A DNA stretch of 64,000 nt from Spirochaetia bacterium (GTDB lineage: Bacteria > Spirochaetota > Spirochaetia > CADAEX01): positions 1,824,001 to 1,888,000 of the forward strand of contig OY759746.1 in assembly GCA_963662795.1 (NCBI GenBank), written 5' to 3'. The first letter of the stretch is position 1. Each line of letters begins with the position of its first letter. A program made the position numbers and the translations under genes. The notes below the pieces were generated by a model, which was not told the DNA's origin, did no database searches, and was given only the letters and a program-made list of their open reading frames with translations. This document shows positions 30,569 to 41,835 of the stretch, piece after piece.

Positions 30569-32124
30569 AAAGCTCCTCCGATTATGCTGACCAGCGAACT
30601 ATAATAACTAAGCTTCCTTTGAACAACTTTTGGATTTCTTAAATCTGCTTTAACAGCCTGAATTCCGGTTATTAGTTTAGGGAGAATATTATCATGTAAA
30701 TCTTCAGTAACACCTTTTACATATGCATACGCTTCTTCAAGATTCATGGCGCTGCATCCCCCTGTTTCTTCACACACGATAAGGGCCTTTGAAAGTAGCT
30801 CAACATCATAGCCGCCGGATAGAAATTTACTTAAACTTGAATGCTGTTCACGAAAATAACGGGTGTAACGCCGATAGTTTTTCTGAACAAATTCCTCCCA
30901 ACCGGGAGCTGTAACTTTTTCAAGTAACTCATCTCGAAGCTGTGTTTGTTTAACAGAATTATCTTTAAAATGATTCTTTTTCGATATTATCTGTCCAGGA
31001 AGTACTGAGCGTGCGTGATGAGCAATTTCTCTTCCAGCCAATTCATCATAAATGAATAATTCATTCTCTGATCTATAAATCCAGACGGTTTTACGCCGGT
31101 ATGAAATAGGCACTGAATATTTACAGGAATCTACACTTATGAAACTTTTTAGATCTACTTTACGATCTTCCCGCTCAAGAATGGAATCTCTTTTAAACAT
31201 TGAAGCCCGCAAGGGCTTGAGTTTCTCTTGTTCCTTTTTAAGCAGGTTTGCAGGAATTATTCCGGTTGCTTGAGATATTTTCCCGTTTGCTGTTCTCACT
31301 ATCCATGAAGAGAGCTTTGATTGAACATCTTCGAAATCATCAAAGGTTCTCGCTGAAAAAAAACTTGTCTTTACGAACTTAACGAGATTTTCTACCTTTC
31401 CCTTGGATTCCGGATCTGCTTTTCGACAGACATATAGCTCAAACTGCATTTCATCTTGAAATTGGCTAAATGATTTTGTGAGAATAATATCCCCGCTGTT
31501 TTCACTGACAATCAGGGTCCGGTCCTGATCAATTACTATCTGATGTGGTATGCCACCTATGTACTCAAAACAATCAAGAAGATGTAAAATTACATCCAAT
31601 GTTGTAAACGGACGTTGCTGTACTGCAACATATCGGTATCTGCTTGCAGAGAGCACTGATGCAAAGATATAGACGGTCTCTCCAGTGTTTATCTTTAGCT
31701 GGCCAAAATCAACCTGCAATTGTTTTCCAAACGGCAGTTCATCTACCGGAGTATAGGACCTATATAGCGGTGATGTAAGAATTCCACCTGTTCTTACCAG
31801 ATATGAAATATAATTTCTCAAAGTACGGGGTGTTCCCGGAAGATTCTCCTCCCCGTATTTTTCCTCCAGCAAATCATAGACTGAAGACGAATATACCTTG
31901 CTTTCATTCAGCCGGTAAATCTCAATGACTTCGTCTCTGAAGGGTTCGAAGACTTGTTCTTTTTTATGAGCGATTTTTTGATACTCAACATATTTTTCAG
32001 CGCTCATCTTGTAATATTTTGAGACAGTTTTCCGAGAAACTTCAAGCTTTTTGCTTATTTGACGGATTCCCATACCTGCCTTCTTGTGTTTTCTGATAGT
32101 TTGAAATAAGTTCATTGTAATCAT
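30565..32124 (-). CDS. istA: IS21 transposase IstA
   Basis: N-terminal HTH, QVDFG, IVIDQD, ESKGKVEN DDE core. Confidence 0.92.
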   Translation of the reverse strand: MITMNLFQTIRKHKKAGMGIRQISKKLEVSRKTVSKYYKMSAEKYVEYQKIAHKKEQVFEPFRDEVIEIYRLNESKVYSSSVYDLLEEKYGEENLPGTPRTLRNYISYLVRTGGILTSPLYRSYTPVDELPFGKQLQVDFGQLKINTGETVYIFASVLSASRYRYVAVQQRPFTTLDVILHLLDCFEYIGGIPHQIVIDQDRTLIVSENSGDIILTKSFSQFQDEMQFELYVCRKADPESKGKVENLVKFVKTSFFSARTFDDFEDVQSKLSSWIVRTANGKISQATGIIPANLLKKEQEKLKPLRASMFKRDSILEREDRKVDLKSFISVDSCKYSVPISYRRKTVWIYRSENELFIYDELAGREIAHHARSVLPGQIISKKNHFKDNSVKQTQLRDELLEKVTAPGWEEFVQKNYRRYTRYFREQHSSLSKFLSGGYDVELLSKALIVCEETGGCSAMNLEEAYAYVKGVTEDLHDNILPKLITGIQAVKADLRNPKVVQRKLSYYSSLVSIIGGAL

Positions 32125-32276
32125 TTGAGTCCATCCTGGTTGATTGTTTCATAGCTACAACCTTATAGGATGGACTCTTTCTTTTCACTAGGTGGGGTAC
32201 TTTTCCTTTCCACCTCTGGGGTAATTTAGCTTACCATTTCCATTTATAATTTATTTTACATATTAGGAGGTAATAT

Positions 32277-33092
32277 ATGTCCTATTTAATGCATATTACA
32301 TTTGACAACACTCGCCGCTTAAAAAAAAATATTTACTATTTTAGCTATAAAAATGTAATCTTTAAATTAATACAGAACAATCCTCGAATACATTCAGACG
32401 TTTTATTAACAATTGTTTCAAAAAGTGGAAATATTGAAGAAGAAAATGCATATTCAGCAGCATCTGAATTTTTAAGTGCATTAAGTTGGGAAATTAATTC
32501 GCAAATTATCATGAGCTATAGTGGTGGATATGGCTGGGATGAAAAAAAAAGTCTTAGATATGCAAAACAAGGTATTTATATTCCACCAGTATTTCCTGTT
32601 GGAAGAGGTAGAATGTTGGGGTATGATTTGAATGAAATACCAGCAATTATTAATTCTGAACAAATTACTGCTTTAACTCTTTATAGAGAAGCACATAGTT
32701 CAAATAATCCTTATCTTTCATTTTTATTTTATTGGCAAATATTGGATGTTTATGGGACTAAAGCTGCAACATGGACAAATAACATATTTAAAAAAAATGT
32801 TTCTGAACTTCAAATAAAAGAATATTTAAGTCAAATTAATCTTCAAGATAAACCTCTTGGAGATTATTTAGAAAAAGAATGCAGAGATGCAATTGCGCAT
32901 ATAAAAAGAGCACCAAATAAAACAAGAATTGATCTAGATTCAGCTAAGGATAATCAGCGAATATTAATAGCTGTAAAAATTGTTCAAAAATTAGCTGAGG
33001 TATATATAAAAAAACATCTAAATCTTAACAAATCATGTTTTTTAGTAAAGAAAAACAATTGGAGCTATCCTGAATATGTTTGTATAAATTAA
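32277..33092 (+). CDS. HEPN-like (MauJ-like) protein (cassette 6)
   Basis: LYREA..SNNPYLSFLFYWQIL and RDAIAH Rx4H motif. Confidence 0.6.
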   Translation: MSYLMHITFDNTRRLKKNIYYFSYKNVIFKLIQNNPRIHSDVLLTIVSKSGNIEEENAYSAASEFLSALSWEINSQIIMSYSGGYGWDEKKSLRYAKQGIYIPPVFPVGRGRMLGYDLNEIPAIINSEQITALTLYREAHSSNNPYLSFLFYWQILDVYGTKAATWTNNIFKKNVSELQIKEYLSQINLQDKPLGDYLEKECRDAIAHIKRAPNKTRIDLDSAKDNQRILIAVKIVQKLAEVYIKKHLNLNKSCFLVKKNNWSYPEYVCIN

Positions 33093-33334
33093 TTAATAAT
33101 ATTAAAAGATTATATGGCAGAAGAAAAAAGGTTAAATAATATTAGGTGGTGTTGTAGCATTAGACAAAACAATGGAAATATGAATTGTAAATAAAGATCT
33201 AACTATCGTAAAAAAATACAAATCATACGAAATATTTGCAAAAAAATATACGGGTCGAGTAATTCACTGACATTTTAAGAAGTCCGGCCTTGGCTTCCAG
33301 CCGTGCGGCCTGGACAAGAAGTGGGGGCACTGGT

Positions 33335-33505
33335 GGATAACAGAGGATAATGCGCTTCGCTCGGAGTACCTCGCTTGGGCTTCGCCACACATCGTAGGGT
33401 TTGAACAATAACTGTTAAAACAACCAGTTTTGGAAAACATATAATACAGCTTTTAAAATATCATAGTTAATCTACGATGCGTCGCTTATCCTCAGGACGT
33501 TATCC
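33335..33505 (+). repeat. attC-like site 6 (171 bp)
   Basis: GGATAAC-AGAGGATAA...TTATCCTCAGGAC-GTTATCC. Confidence 0.88.
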
Positions 33506-33623
33506 ACAATGCCCCCACAAGATGCGATCGCCCGGACCTCCGGCCGACGGGCGAGGATATGCAATATGGATAATCTACTTTATAAAGTATTCTACGGTAA
33601 TTACAAATGTATGGAGTTAACTT

Positions 33624-34841
33624 ATGAAAATAGATAATGTAAATGTAGTTAAGCTAGTTAAATATATAATTACACATTCAAGAATAAGTGAGTCTGGTAT
33701 TGAATATTCAATGGACAAAGTAGATTATGCCCTTGATGAACTTTGTTTGTATTTTCCTAAATATTCTTATAATTCCATACAAAAAACTCTATTAACAATA
33801 TCAAGCAGTAAGGAAAACATTACATATGAAATGTTTGAAGATTTATTAAGAGATAATGAGGATAAAAAAACAATAAAAAGTGAATTGTATCCATACATAT
33901 TTATTATCCCAATTGGAATTACTATTGAAGAAAATACAAGTATTAAACTTTTTAAGAAAAAATTAGACTTTATTACATTTAATGATATTCAAAAAATTGT
34001 GCCAAATGAAATACTGAAGATAGAAACAATAAAAAAATCAATTCATCGAAATGAAAATATTTATATTCCAAAGACCTTTATTAAAATAAATGTTTCCGCT
34101 TTATCTCGTTCTTCAGCAGTGCTTGAATTATGGAATATTTATCAAATAATCAAAGCATTAATTGAATTACGAAAAAGTTGGGGCACGCAATACATAATTC
34201 ATAACACTCTTGATGCTCGTGGCAAGATAAATATGCCAGATTGGATAATAATAAAAGATAAAAAAAAATTTAGCATTCATCATTTTAAACTATCTATTCA
34301 GCGGCCAAAGCAAGCAATTAAATTGTCACCAGAGGATTTTAATTCAATAAAAAATATGATAAATCTCATAAAGAAAAAATCAAATGAAAAGTTATTAGAT
34401 TTTGTTATTTATAGATCTTTTTTGCTTTATAATGATGCACTTGAACAAAATGATTTCAATTATTGCTTTTTAGCTTTTTGGCAAATACTTGAAACAATTT
34501 CATTAGCAGAGAGAAATGGAGGCGATACAAAAGTAATTGTTAATCGAATTATTCCATTAACTGAAAAAATATTAGGTGACAAAATACAACTAACTCAAAT
34601 CTTAAATTTATTCGCAAAAAAAAGATGTGATTTAGTACATAGTGGAATAGGTAGTATAAGTAATGATAATATCAATAAAATAAAATATATATGTGAAATA
34701 GCTTTAGAATGGATTATTGATAATAAGGAACAATATAGAACTGTTAATACTCTTTTTCAATATTATTCTCTTCGTTCAACGGATAAAACAACAATTGACT
34801 CAATAAAATCAGCAATTAAAATATTAAAAAGAAATACGTAG
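33624..34841 (+). CDS. Protein with C-terminal ApeA-like HEPN domain (cassette 7)
   Basis: YNDAL...FLAFWQILE and KRCDLVH Rx4H motif. Confidence 0.6.
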   Translation: MKIDNVNVVKLVKYIITHSRISESGIEYSMDKVDYALDELCLYFPKYSYNSIQKTLLTISSSKENITYEMFEDLLRDNEDKKTIKSELYPYIFIIPIGITIEENTSIKLFKKKLDFITFNDIQKIVPNEILKIETIKKSIHRNENIYIPKTFIKINVSALSRSSAVLELWNIYQIIKALIELRKSWGTQYIIHNTLDARGKINMPDWIIIKDKKKFSIHHFKLSIQRPKQAIKLSPEDFNSIKNMINLIKKKSNEKLLDFVIYRSFLLYNDALEQNDFNYCFLAFWQILETISLAERNGGDTKVIVNRIIPLTEKILGDKIQLTQILNLFAKKRCDLVHSGIGSISNDNINKIKYICEIALEWIIDNKEQYRTVNTLFQYYSLRSTDKTTIDSIKSAIKILKRNT

Positions 34842-34955
34842 TAAAATGTGTATAAATATAATATATGTCTACAGGTATAGTTATTACTTGAAACTATAAG
34901 AAGTCCGGCCTTGGCTTCCAGCCGTGCGGCCTAGACAAGAAGTGGGGGCACTGGT

Positions 34956-35125
34956 GGATAACAGAGGATAATGCGCTTCGCTCTCTTTGGTCGCTTGGGC
35001 TTCGCCACACATCGTATGGTTTTAATTACAACATCTATAAACGACAAGTTTTAGAAGAAAATATTTTGACTTTGAAATATTAATTCTCGGACTCCGATGC
35101 GTCGCTTATCCTCGGGACGTTATCC
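34956..35125 (+). repeat. attC-like site 7 (170 bp)
   Basis: Same core arms as site 6. Confidence 0.88.
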
Positions 35126-35361
35126 ACAATGCCCCCACAAGAGAAAATCGCCCGGACCTCCGGCCGACGGGCGAGAGAAAAAACAAAGAATGATTTTAAA
35201 AAATATTTGTGTAAATAAAAAAAAAGAATATAATATTAATAATGGATAAAATCAGTCTCCAATAATCTAGTTATTATTGGTTATGTTAATGTTCAAGAAT
35301 GAAGATTAAAACATAATATTCTGCTATATTAAAAAATAGATATAATGGATGATGTATTGAT

Positions 35362-36237
35362 ATGATTTTTATTAATAATAAACCTTTATTACCGTTTGAG
35401 TATAAAAGTTGTGATCTAAATACTAAAATTAAAAAATATGATGAATATTCAAAAGAAGGCTTTTTAGTAAAAAAATATAAAAAAACAGGATTTAATGAAT
35501 ATAATCAAAAAGGGTTTTTAATTAAATCCGAATACATTAACGATTTTGGTCAAAAAGTTTATCGGTCATTTACATATGACTATGATAAAGATATTATAAA
35601 CGCCATTGAAAATATTGAAATATATAATACTGCAAATGTAACAAAAAGATATAATATTATTCTATTTGAAAACATTATTAAAAAAATAGTGATTGAGGAA
35701 ATATACACTGAAAAATATATGTCTAGAAATTATTATGATGAAAAAGAATATGAATATAATAAAAAAAATATTCTCATTAAAGAAACACAAAAAAACAATT
35801 TTGATAAAATTACTATCAATTACAAATACAATAATGACAAATTAATTGAAAAAATAACATCTAGTGAAAAAGAAGTATACAATTATTCTAATAATACAAT
35901 ATCTGTTGTTGTTTATGATAACCTAAATAATATTGTCAAAAACGTTTATTATAAAATAGAATCAGATAACATAACGTATATGCTTTCTTCTAATTCAGAT
36001 AATTCAAAAAATGAAGAACAAAATGCTTATTTTTATAATGACATAATTAAAAATAAAACAATTACAAAATATTACAAATTTAATGATTGTTATTCGCATA
36101 ATAAAATAAATACAGTTGAAAACTATGATTATGATTTAAAAGGAAATTGGATTAACTATGAATGTGAGTATTTTGATAAATATAAAAATAATAAACCTTA
36201 TAAAGTAGCCATAATAAAAAGAGACATTATTTATTGA
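35362..36237 (+). CDS. Hypothetical Tyr/Asn/Lys-rich protein with YD-like repeats (cassette 8)
   Basis: YEYNKK, YKYNND, YDYDLKGNWI, KRDIIY C-terminus. Confidence 0.55.
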   Translation: MIFINNKPLLPFEYKSCDLNTKIKKYDEYSKEGFLVKKYKKTGFNEYNQKGFLIKSEYINDFGQKVYRSFTYDYDKDIINAIENIEIYNTANVTKRYNIILFENIIKKIVIEEIYTEKYMSRNYYDEKEYEYNKKNILIKETQKNNFDKITINYKYNNDKLIEKITSSEKEVYNYSNNTISVVVYDNLNNIVKNVYYKIESDNITYMLSSNSDNSKNEEQNAYFYNDIIKNKTITKYYKFNDCYSHNKINTVENYDYDLKGNWINYECEYFDKYKNNKPYKVAIIKRDIIY

Positions 36238-36332
36238 TATTTTTTACTCAGTTAGAATAATTACCTGACAGTAGAAAAAGTCCGGCCTTGGCTTCCAGCC
36301 GTACGGCCTGGACAAGAAGTGGGGGCACTGGT

Positions 36333-36504
36333 GGATAACAGAGGATAATTCGCTGCGCTCGGAGTACCTCGCTTGGCCTATGGCACACATCGCAGACTTT
36401 TAACAACAAATACAGAGAACAACCAGTTTTGAAAGAAAAATACAATAGCTTTTAAATATCAATACTTTATCTACGATGCGTCGCTTATCCTCAGGACGTT
36501 CTCC
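36333..36504 (+). repeat. attC-like site 8 (172 bp)
   Basis: GGATAAC...CCTCAGGAC-GTTCTCC. Confidence 0.88.
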
Positions 36505-36606
36505 GAAATACCGCCCTAAGAGAAAATCGCCCGGGCCCCTGGCCGACGGGCGAGGATATGCAATACTTAATGTAGTTAGAAAGAAATATAATGTATAGGA
36601 TGTTTT

Positions 36607-37833
36607 ATGAAAGATAGTAATATATTTAATAGTTATATAAATGAATATAAAGAAAAAGGTTTTTTATATTTAAAAAAAGAGGATGTAGAATATGAAAGAA
36701 TTTACAAGGAAAAGAATGATGTTTTAACGAAGAAATATAAAATGAAAATTGGTTCAAAACAACCAGAAAAATACAGTGGAGACATGTTTGTTCAACGAAT
36801 GCTTTCTGAAACAGATCCTCTTGAAAAAAGAAAATTACTATTTGAGAATGAATTAATTATCCCAAGGATAATATATTTTAAAGAAAACAAAATATTTTCT
36901 ACTCACTACAGAAAAAGAATTAATCATATATATAATAAAATTAAAAGAAATGAAGAAGATGAAATATATAAAGAACAATTTATTTACAATAAAAATAAGA
37001 TAATTATCCGCGAAATTAGAACTGTAGATGACTATTTGAAAGTGATTGAAGAATATAATGTTAATTATTTTAGAGGACATAGTAATATGAATTATAAATT
37101 GATTCCAGCAGTTTATAGAAATGGGAACATAAAAATGGAATCAAAATATTTTAAAGAAATGATTCTTAGATATCCTGAAGAATTTGAAAATATGAAATCG
37201 GCGATTGAAATACTATCTAAAATGCAGCATTATGGTTGTCCTACTAGATTACTTGATATTACAAAAAATCCGTTAGTAGCATTATATTTTGCTTGTTCAG
37301 AAAATATTGATACAATTGGAGAAATCATTTGCTTCAGTGTAAATGATGATGATATTAGATATAATGATAGTGATACTGTAAGTATTTTGGCGAATCTTGC
37401 AAAAATAGATGAAAAATTTGATATATCTAAAATTAAAAAAAGGGAAAAAAGATTCTTTAATAAACATAGAATTATAGATAGATTGCATCATGAAATAAAA
37501 CAGGAAAAATCATATTTTAGACCAATAATAAATCCTAAAGATATTGAAGAAGTATGCTTTGTTCGTCCAAAGCTCAATAATAAACGAATACTTATTCAAG
37601 ATGGGGGTTTTATTATATTTGGTATTTCTAATATAAAAGAAAAACCTGCAATAGTCAAAAATGATATAACAATCGGCAATAAAAAATTGAAGGTTTTAGT
37701 ACTAAATAATGAAGTTAAAAAGCAATTTCTTAATAAACTAGATCTTATGGGTATAAATAGAGGAACTTTATTTCCAGAGATTAATAATTACTCACAGTAT
37801 TTAAAAGCAAAATATGAAGAAAAATTGAAGTAA
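36607..37833 (+). CDS. FRG-domain protein (cassette 9)
   Basis: YFRGH, MQHYGCPTRLLDIT.NPLVALYFAC, RILIQDGGF. Confidence 0.88.
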   Translation: MKDSNIFNSYINEYKEKGFLYLKKEDVEYERIYKEKNDVLTKKYKMKIGSKQPEKYSGDMFVQRMLSETDPLEKRKLLFENELIIPRIIYFKENKIFSTHYRKRINHIYNKIKRNEEDEIYKEQFIYNKNKIIIREIRTVDDYLKVIEEYNVNYFRGHSNMNYKLIPAVYRNGNIKMESKYFKEMILRYPEEFENMKSAIEILSKMQHYGCPTRLLDITKNPLVALYFACSENIDTIGEIICFSVNDDDIRYNDSDTVSILANLAKIDEKFDISKIKKREKRFFNKHRIIDRLHHEIKQEKSYFRPIINPKDIEEVCFVRPKLNNKRILIQDGGFIIFGISNIKEKPAIVKNDITIGNKKLKVLVLNNEVKKQFLNKLDLMGINRGTLFPEINNYSQYLKAKYEEKLK

Positions 37834-37895
37834 TACAAGACTCGTCCAGACCTTGCCTCCGGCCTATCGGTCTGGACAAGAAAGGGCGGTACTTC

Positions 37896-38066
37896 CGAGA
37901 ACAGAGGATAATGCGCTGCGCTCGGAGTACCTCGCTTGGCCTGCGGCATATTTTGCTATCATTAAAACAGTTCATATTCTGTTTTACTCTATTTAAATAT
38001 ATTCCCCAAGACTATTACAAAATAAAAGATTTTAACAAAACATCGCTTATCCTCAGGACGTTCTAC
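37896..38066 (+). repeat. attC-like site 9 (171 bp)
   Basis: CGAGAAC...CCTCAGGAC-GTTCTAC; similar to site 3. Confidence 0.88.
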
Positions 38067-38191
38067 GAAATACCGCCCAAGAAGACATCGCCCGGACCTT
38101 CGGCCGACGGGCGAGAGAAAATTAATATTAACCCCAAAAGAATATAGACAATAATTTTTATGTGTTATATGGAAATACCAGGGGGTTAAAT

Positions 38192-39229
38192 ATGTATCAT
38201 CCAAGATTTAAAGGAAACCATTATGAAATGGGAAAGAAGATGGGAAAGATCTTTAAAAACGAAAATGTTCAGTTTCCTATCAAACTTGATTCATTACAAA
38301 CTGAGTATGGCAGAGAAAGCGGAAAACTGCTAAAAAAGTATTTTCCAGAAGCAGCAGAAGAAATAAAAGGCATTACTGATGTAATAGGATATGATAATGA
38401 GCAATTCACTTCCTGGCTGATGTGTATGGGTTGTTGCATGTATAATTTAGAAGAATCAAATAGTGTAGAAGTAAGAGGTTGTACTGCGTTTAGTTTTACC
38501 CATAATGGAGGGATATTTTACGGAAGAGATAATGATTTGCCACCATTTTTAAAGAAGCCAAGTAAAAGCGTATATTATAAACCAGAGAATAAGAATAGCT
38601 TTATTCTAAACACATCATCTTTTATAAATGGTGAGGAAGGAATAAATGATTATGGATTGATTGTAGCCATGACTTTTGTTTTACCAAAAATGGAAGAAAT
38701 AAAGCCGGGTTTAAATTCTGTATTTCTTGTCCGTTATATTTTAGAAAAATGCAGGACAGTTGAAGAAGGAATTGAAGTTTTAAAAAAACTACCAATAGCT
38801 TCGAGCTGTAATATTCTTTTAGCTGATAAAAGCAAAGCAATGGTTGTAGTAGAATGCAATCCATTGGAAATGAACATAAGATATCCTGAAGAAAAAGATA
38901 ATGGTGAGAGTTTTATAGTTACAGTAAATCATTTTACTTCAGAGAAAATGTGGAAACACGATGCGAGCGATCGTAATATATACTTCTCCGAAGTCAGATA
39001 TCAAACCGCACATTATGCATTAAAGAATATAGATTTCAAAGATAGTGTCGAGCATGCTGAGAAAATACTAAGCGGAGATTATGGTTTTATGTGTCAGTAT
39101 GAAAAAAAATTGAATTTTGAGACTATATGGTCATCAGTATTCGATGTTAAAAATAAAAAGATATATAGAGCAGAAGGAAATCCTATAAAAACAAAATATA
39201 TCAAAGATGAGAGACTCATTTTTATATAA
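38192..39229 (+). CDS. Peptidase C45 / Ntn-hydrolase (acyl-CoA:6-APA acyltransferase-like) (cassette 10)
   Basis: GCTAF nucleophile site, GRDND, EGINDYGL, TVNHF. Confidence 0.8.
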   Translation: MYHPRFKGNHYEMGKKMGKIFKNENVQFPIKLDSLQTEYGRESGKLLKKYFPEAAEEIKGITDVIGYDNEQFTSWLMCMGCCMYNLEESNSVEVRGCTAFSFTHNGGIFYGRDNDLPPFLKKPSKSVYYKPENKNSFILNTSSFINGEEGINDYGLIVAMTFVLPKMEEIKPGLNSVFLVRYILEKCRTVEEGIEVLKKLPIASSCNILLADKSKAMVVVECNPLEMNIRYPEEKDNGESFIVTVNHFTSEKMWKHDASDRNIYFSEVRYQTAHYALKNIDFKDSVEHAEKILSGDYGFMCQYEKKLNFETIWSSVFDVKNKKIYRAEGNPIKTKYIKDERLIFI

Positions 39230-39324
39230 ACCAAAAGTAATAAATGCATTTACTTTTCAATTAGAAAAGGATAGTCCAGACCTTGGCTCCGCCCTATCGG
39301 TCTGGACGGGAAGGGCGGTACTTC

Positions 39325-39407
39325 GTAGAACACAGCATAACCGGTTCCGGCCATTCGGCCTTCACCAAAATTGCTTCGCAACTTCGGTTATGCTGGGAAC
39401 GTTATGC
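39325..39407 (+). repeat. attC-like site 10 (83 bp, minimal form)
   Basis: GTAGAAC-ACAGCATAACCG...CGGTTATGCTGGGAAC-GTTATGC. Confidence 0.85.
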
Positions 39408-39528
39408 TCAATACCAGCCGCAAGAGGAAATCGCCCGGACCTCCGGCCAACGGGCGAGAGAGAAGAAGAAACAATAAGTATAGATTAAACTGTAAAAGAT
39501 AAGAAATGCTTATGGAAAGTGAAAGAAC

Positions 39529-39557
39529 TTGACAATAATATGTAATAACAATATAAT
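39529..39557 (+). promoter_or_regulatory. Sigma70 consensus promoter of TA cassette 11
   Basis: TTGACA-17bp-TATAAT exact consensus. Confidence 0.8.
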
Positions 39558-39575
39558 TACAGCAAGAGGTAAAGA

Positions 39576-39824
39576 ATGATAGTTTCTGTTGTTTCCATCG
39601 GCAATTCAAAAGGAATACGTCTTCCAAAAGCATTATTAAATCAACTAAAAATATCAGATAAACTGGATTTAGAAGTAGAAGATCAGAAAATAATACTTAA
39701 ACCTGTATCTGATAATCCAAGAGCAGGATGGAATTTGGCTTTTAAAGATATGCATGAAAAAAATGAAGATCAATTATTGATAAATGAAAGTATTGATTCT
39801 AAGGATTTCAAATGGGAATGGTAA
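39576..39824 (+). CDS. mazE: AbrB/MazE-type antitoxin (cassette 11)
   Basis: IGNSKGIRLPK AbrB fold. Confidence 0.85.
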   Translation: MIVSVVSIGNSKGIRLPKALLNQLKISDKLDLEVEDQKIILKPVSDNPRAGWNLAFKDMHEKNEDQLLINESIDSKDFKWEW

Positions 39825-40141
39825 TAAATCAGTATGAAGTCTATCTGGTTGAGCTTGATCCAACAAAGGGACATGAAATACAAAAAACAAGACCATGTTT
39901 AATTATTTCCCCCGATGAAATGAATCACAATATAAGTACTGTTATTATTGCTCCAATGACAACAAAATCACATAATTATCCGACACGTGTAGAATTAAGG
40001 TTTTTAGGAAAAAAAGGATGGATAGTTTTAGATCAGATAAGAACGATAGACAAACAGAGATTATTAAAAAAAATTGGCAAGATTGAAATTAAAGAAATTC
40101 TAAAAGTTAAAGAAATCATTAAAGAAATGTTGGTTGATTGA
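39812..40141 (+). CDS. mazF: PemK/MazF toxin (cassette 11)
   Basis: LDPTKGHEIQKTRPCLIIS, DQIRTIDK. Confidence 0.9.
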   Translation: MGMVINQYEVYLVELDPTKGHEIQKTRPCLIISPDEMNHNISTVIIAPMTTKSHNYPTRVELRFLGKKGWIVLDQIRTIDKQRLLKKIGKIEIKEILKVKEIIKEMLVD

Positions 40142-40227
40142 TAAAAAAAATTAAAATATTAATGCAAGAGAAAAAGTCCGGCCTTGGCGTTGCCGTGCGG
40201 CCTGGACAAGAAGCGGCTGGTACTGGA

Positions 40228-40418
40228 GCATAACAGCGATTATTTCGCTGCGCTCCCTGTGGTCGCTTGGGCTCCTGCCAGTTGAACTGGCAGATCGCCA
40301 TATTTTGTTTTAATAAAACAGAAACAACATGTATTTTATGCTTTTCGAGTTTTAAAAAATAAATAAAAGTATTTTAGAGTTTAGCCACAAAACATCGAAT
40401 AATCGCGAGACGTTATGC
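40228..40418 (+). repeat. attC-like site 11 (191 bp)
   Basis: Same family as site 2. Confidence 0.88.
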
Positions 40419-40497
40419 TCAATACCAGCCGCAAGAAGAAATCGCCCGGACCTCCGGCCGACGGGCGAAGAAAAATAAATAGTAAGGAATATACTTT

Positions 40498-41517
40498 ATG
40501 AAAGAAGTTTTTATATTAGGAGCTGGTTTCTCCAAATGGTTTTCACCAGCAATGCCTTTATTAAAAGAATTAATTCCTTTATTAAGTAAAAATACTATAA
40601 ATGATATAAAGAAAAAACAGGTATTGAAAATAATAATAGAAAAGGAAAAAAATGTAGAAAAGTTGTTATCATATTTATCAATTGATTATCCATGGAAAAC
40701 AAAAGATGAAGTGTATTCTGATAAATCATTGTATATCAGAATAGTCAAAGAAATATCTGAAGGTTTACTAAAAATACAATCGCAGCAACTGTTTGATATT
40801 AAACCCGAAGATAATAAATATAAACTTTTTAGTTATTGGTATAAAAATAGATCTAAGATATTAACATTTAACTATGATAATATTTTAGAATTAACTTTTA
40901 CAAAAATGTATACATATTATGATTGGTATTATTTTTACGATATACCGATAAAAAGCTTAATTGATAGAAGCGAACCTAAAATATTTCATGGTACAATTTC
41001 TGGAACACCGACAATAGAACCAAAATTCCCAACTATTTTAAAACTGCATGGATCAATTAATTGGCTGTTTCAAGGAGATTTTGTAGATCAAAATAGTGAT
41101 ACTGTATATCACTATAATCCCCGTTTAAAATTACCTTCGATAGAGATAAATAAAAAGGGATTAACTGAGTACATTATACCTCCATTATTAGAAAAAAATA
41201 ATTATATAAATCATTATCTTATTAAATGTATTTGGCAGAGTAGTAAAAAAGAAATTAATGATGCAGATAAAATAATTATAATAGGATATTCTTTTCCGCC
41301 CTCTGATATATATATGGATTTATTTTTCAAATCAGCTATTAATAAAATGCAAGAAATAGTCATTGTAAATGTAGATGAGAAAAAGGAATATGAAAATAAA
41401 GTAAGAAAAATATTTTCACCAATGTACAAAAGAGGGAAACTAAATATAAATTTTATTACTGGTAGCAAATCTATAGATGAATATACTGATAACTTAAGAG
41501 ATAACAATTATCCTTGA
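40498..41517 (+). CDS. SIR2-like domain protein (cassette 12)
   Basis: ILGAGFS, TFNYD, KLHGS, IGYSF. Confidence 0.85.
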   Translation: MKEVFILGAGFSKWFSPAMPLLKELIPLLSKNTINDIKKKQVLKIIIEKEKNVEKLLSYLSIDYPWKTKDEVYSDKSLYIRIVKEISEGLLKIQSQQLFDIKPEDNKYKLFSYWYKNRSKILTFNYDNILELTFTKMYTYYDWYYFYDIPIKSLIDRSEPKIFHGTISGTPTIEPKFPTILKLHGSINWLFQGDFVDQNSDTVYHYNPRLKLPSIEINKKGLTEYIIPPLLEKNNYINHYLIKCIWQSSKKEINDADKIIIIGYSFPPSDIYMDLFFKSAINKMQEIVIVNVDEKKEYENKVRKIFSPMYKRGKLNINFITGSKSIDEYTDNLRDNNYP

Positions 41518-41576
41518 TTAGGAAGTCCGGCCTTGGCGTTGCCGTGCGGCCTGGACAAGAAGCGGCTGGTACTGGA

Positions 41577-41748
41577 GCATAACAGAGGATAAGGCGCTTC
41601 GCTCCCTTTGGTCGCTTGACCTTCGGCATATTTTGCTATCATCAAGCTTGAACAGTAAAAGATAAACCGTTTTAACATTTAACAAAAAAGACATTAATGT
41701 TTTAGAGTTTTTAACCGCAAAACATCGCTTATCCTCGAGACGTTATTT
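41577..41748 (+). repeat. attC-like site 12 (172 bp)
   Basis: GCATAAC-AGAGGATAA...TTATCCTCGAGAC-GTTATTT. Confidence 0.88.
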
Positions 41749-41835
41749 GCAATACCTCCGCGAAGAGAATACCGCCCGGACCTCTGGCCGACGGGCGAAG
41801 AAAAATAATATATTATAATTTAAAACTGAGGAATT

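Larger units (their letters stand above)
29755..32261 (-). mobile_element. IS21-family insertion sequence inside cassette 6
   Basis: istA/istB pair; long imperfect terminal IRs (GGAAATGGTAAGC...GGAAAGGAAAAGTACCCCACCTAGTGAAAA); candidate ATTAG direct repeat at 29750 and 32262; exact ends uncertain by a few bp. Confidence 0.88.
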
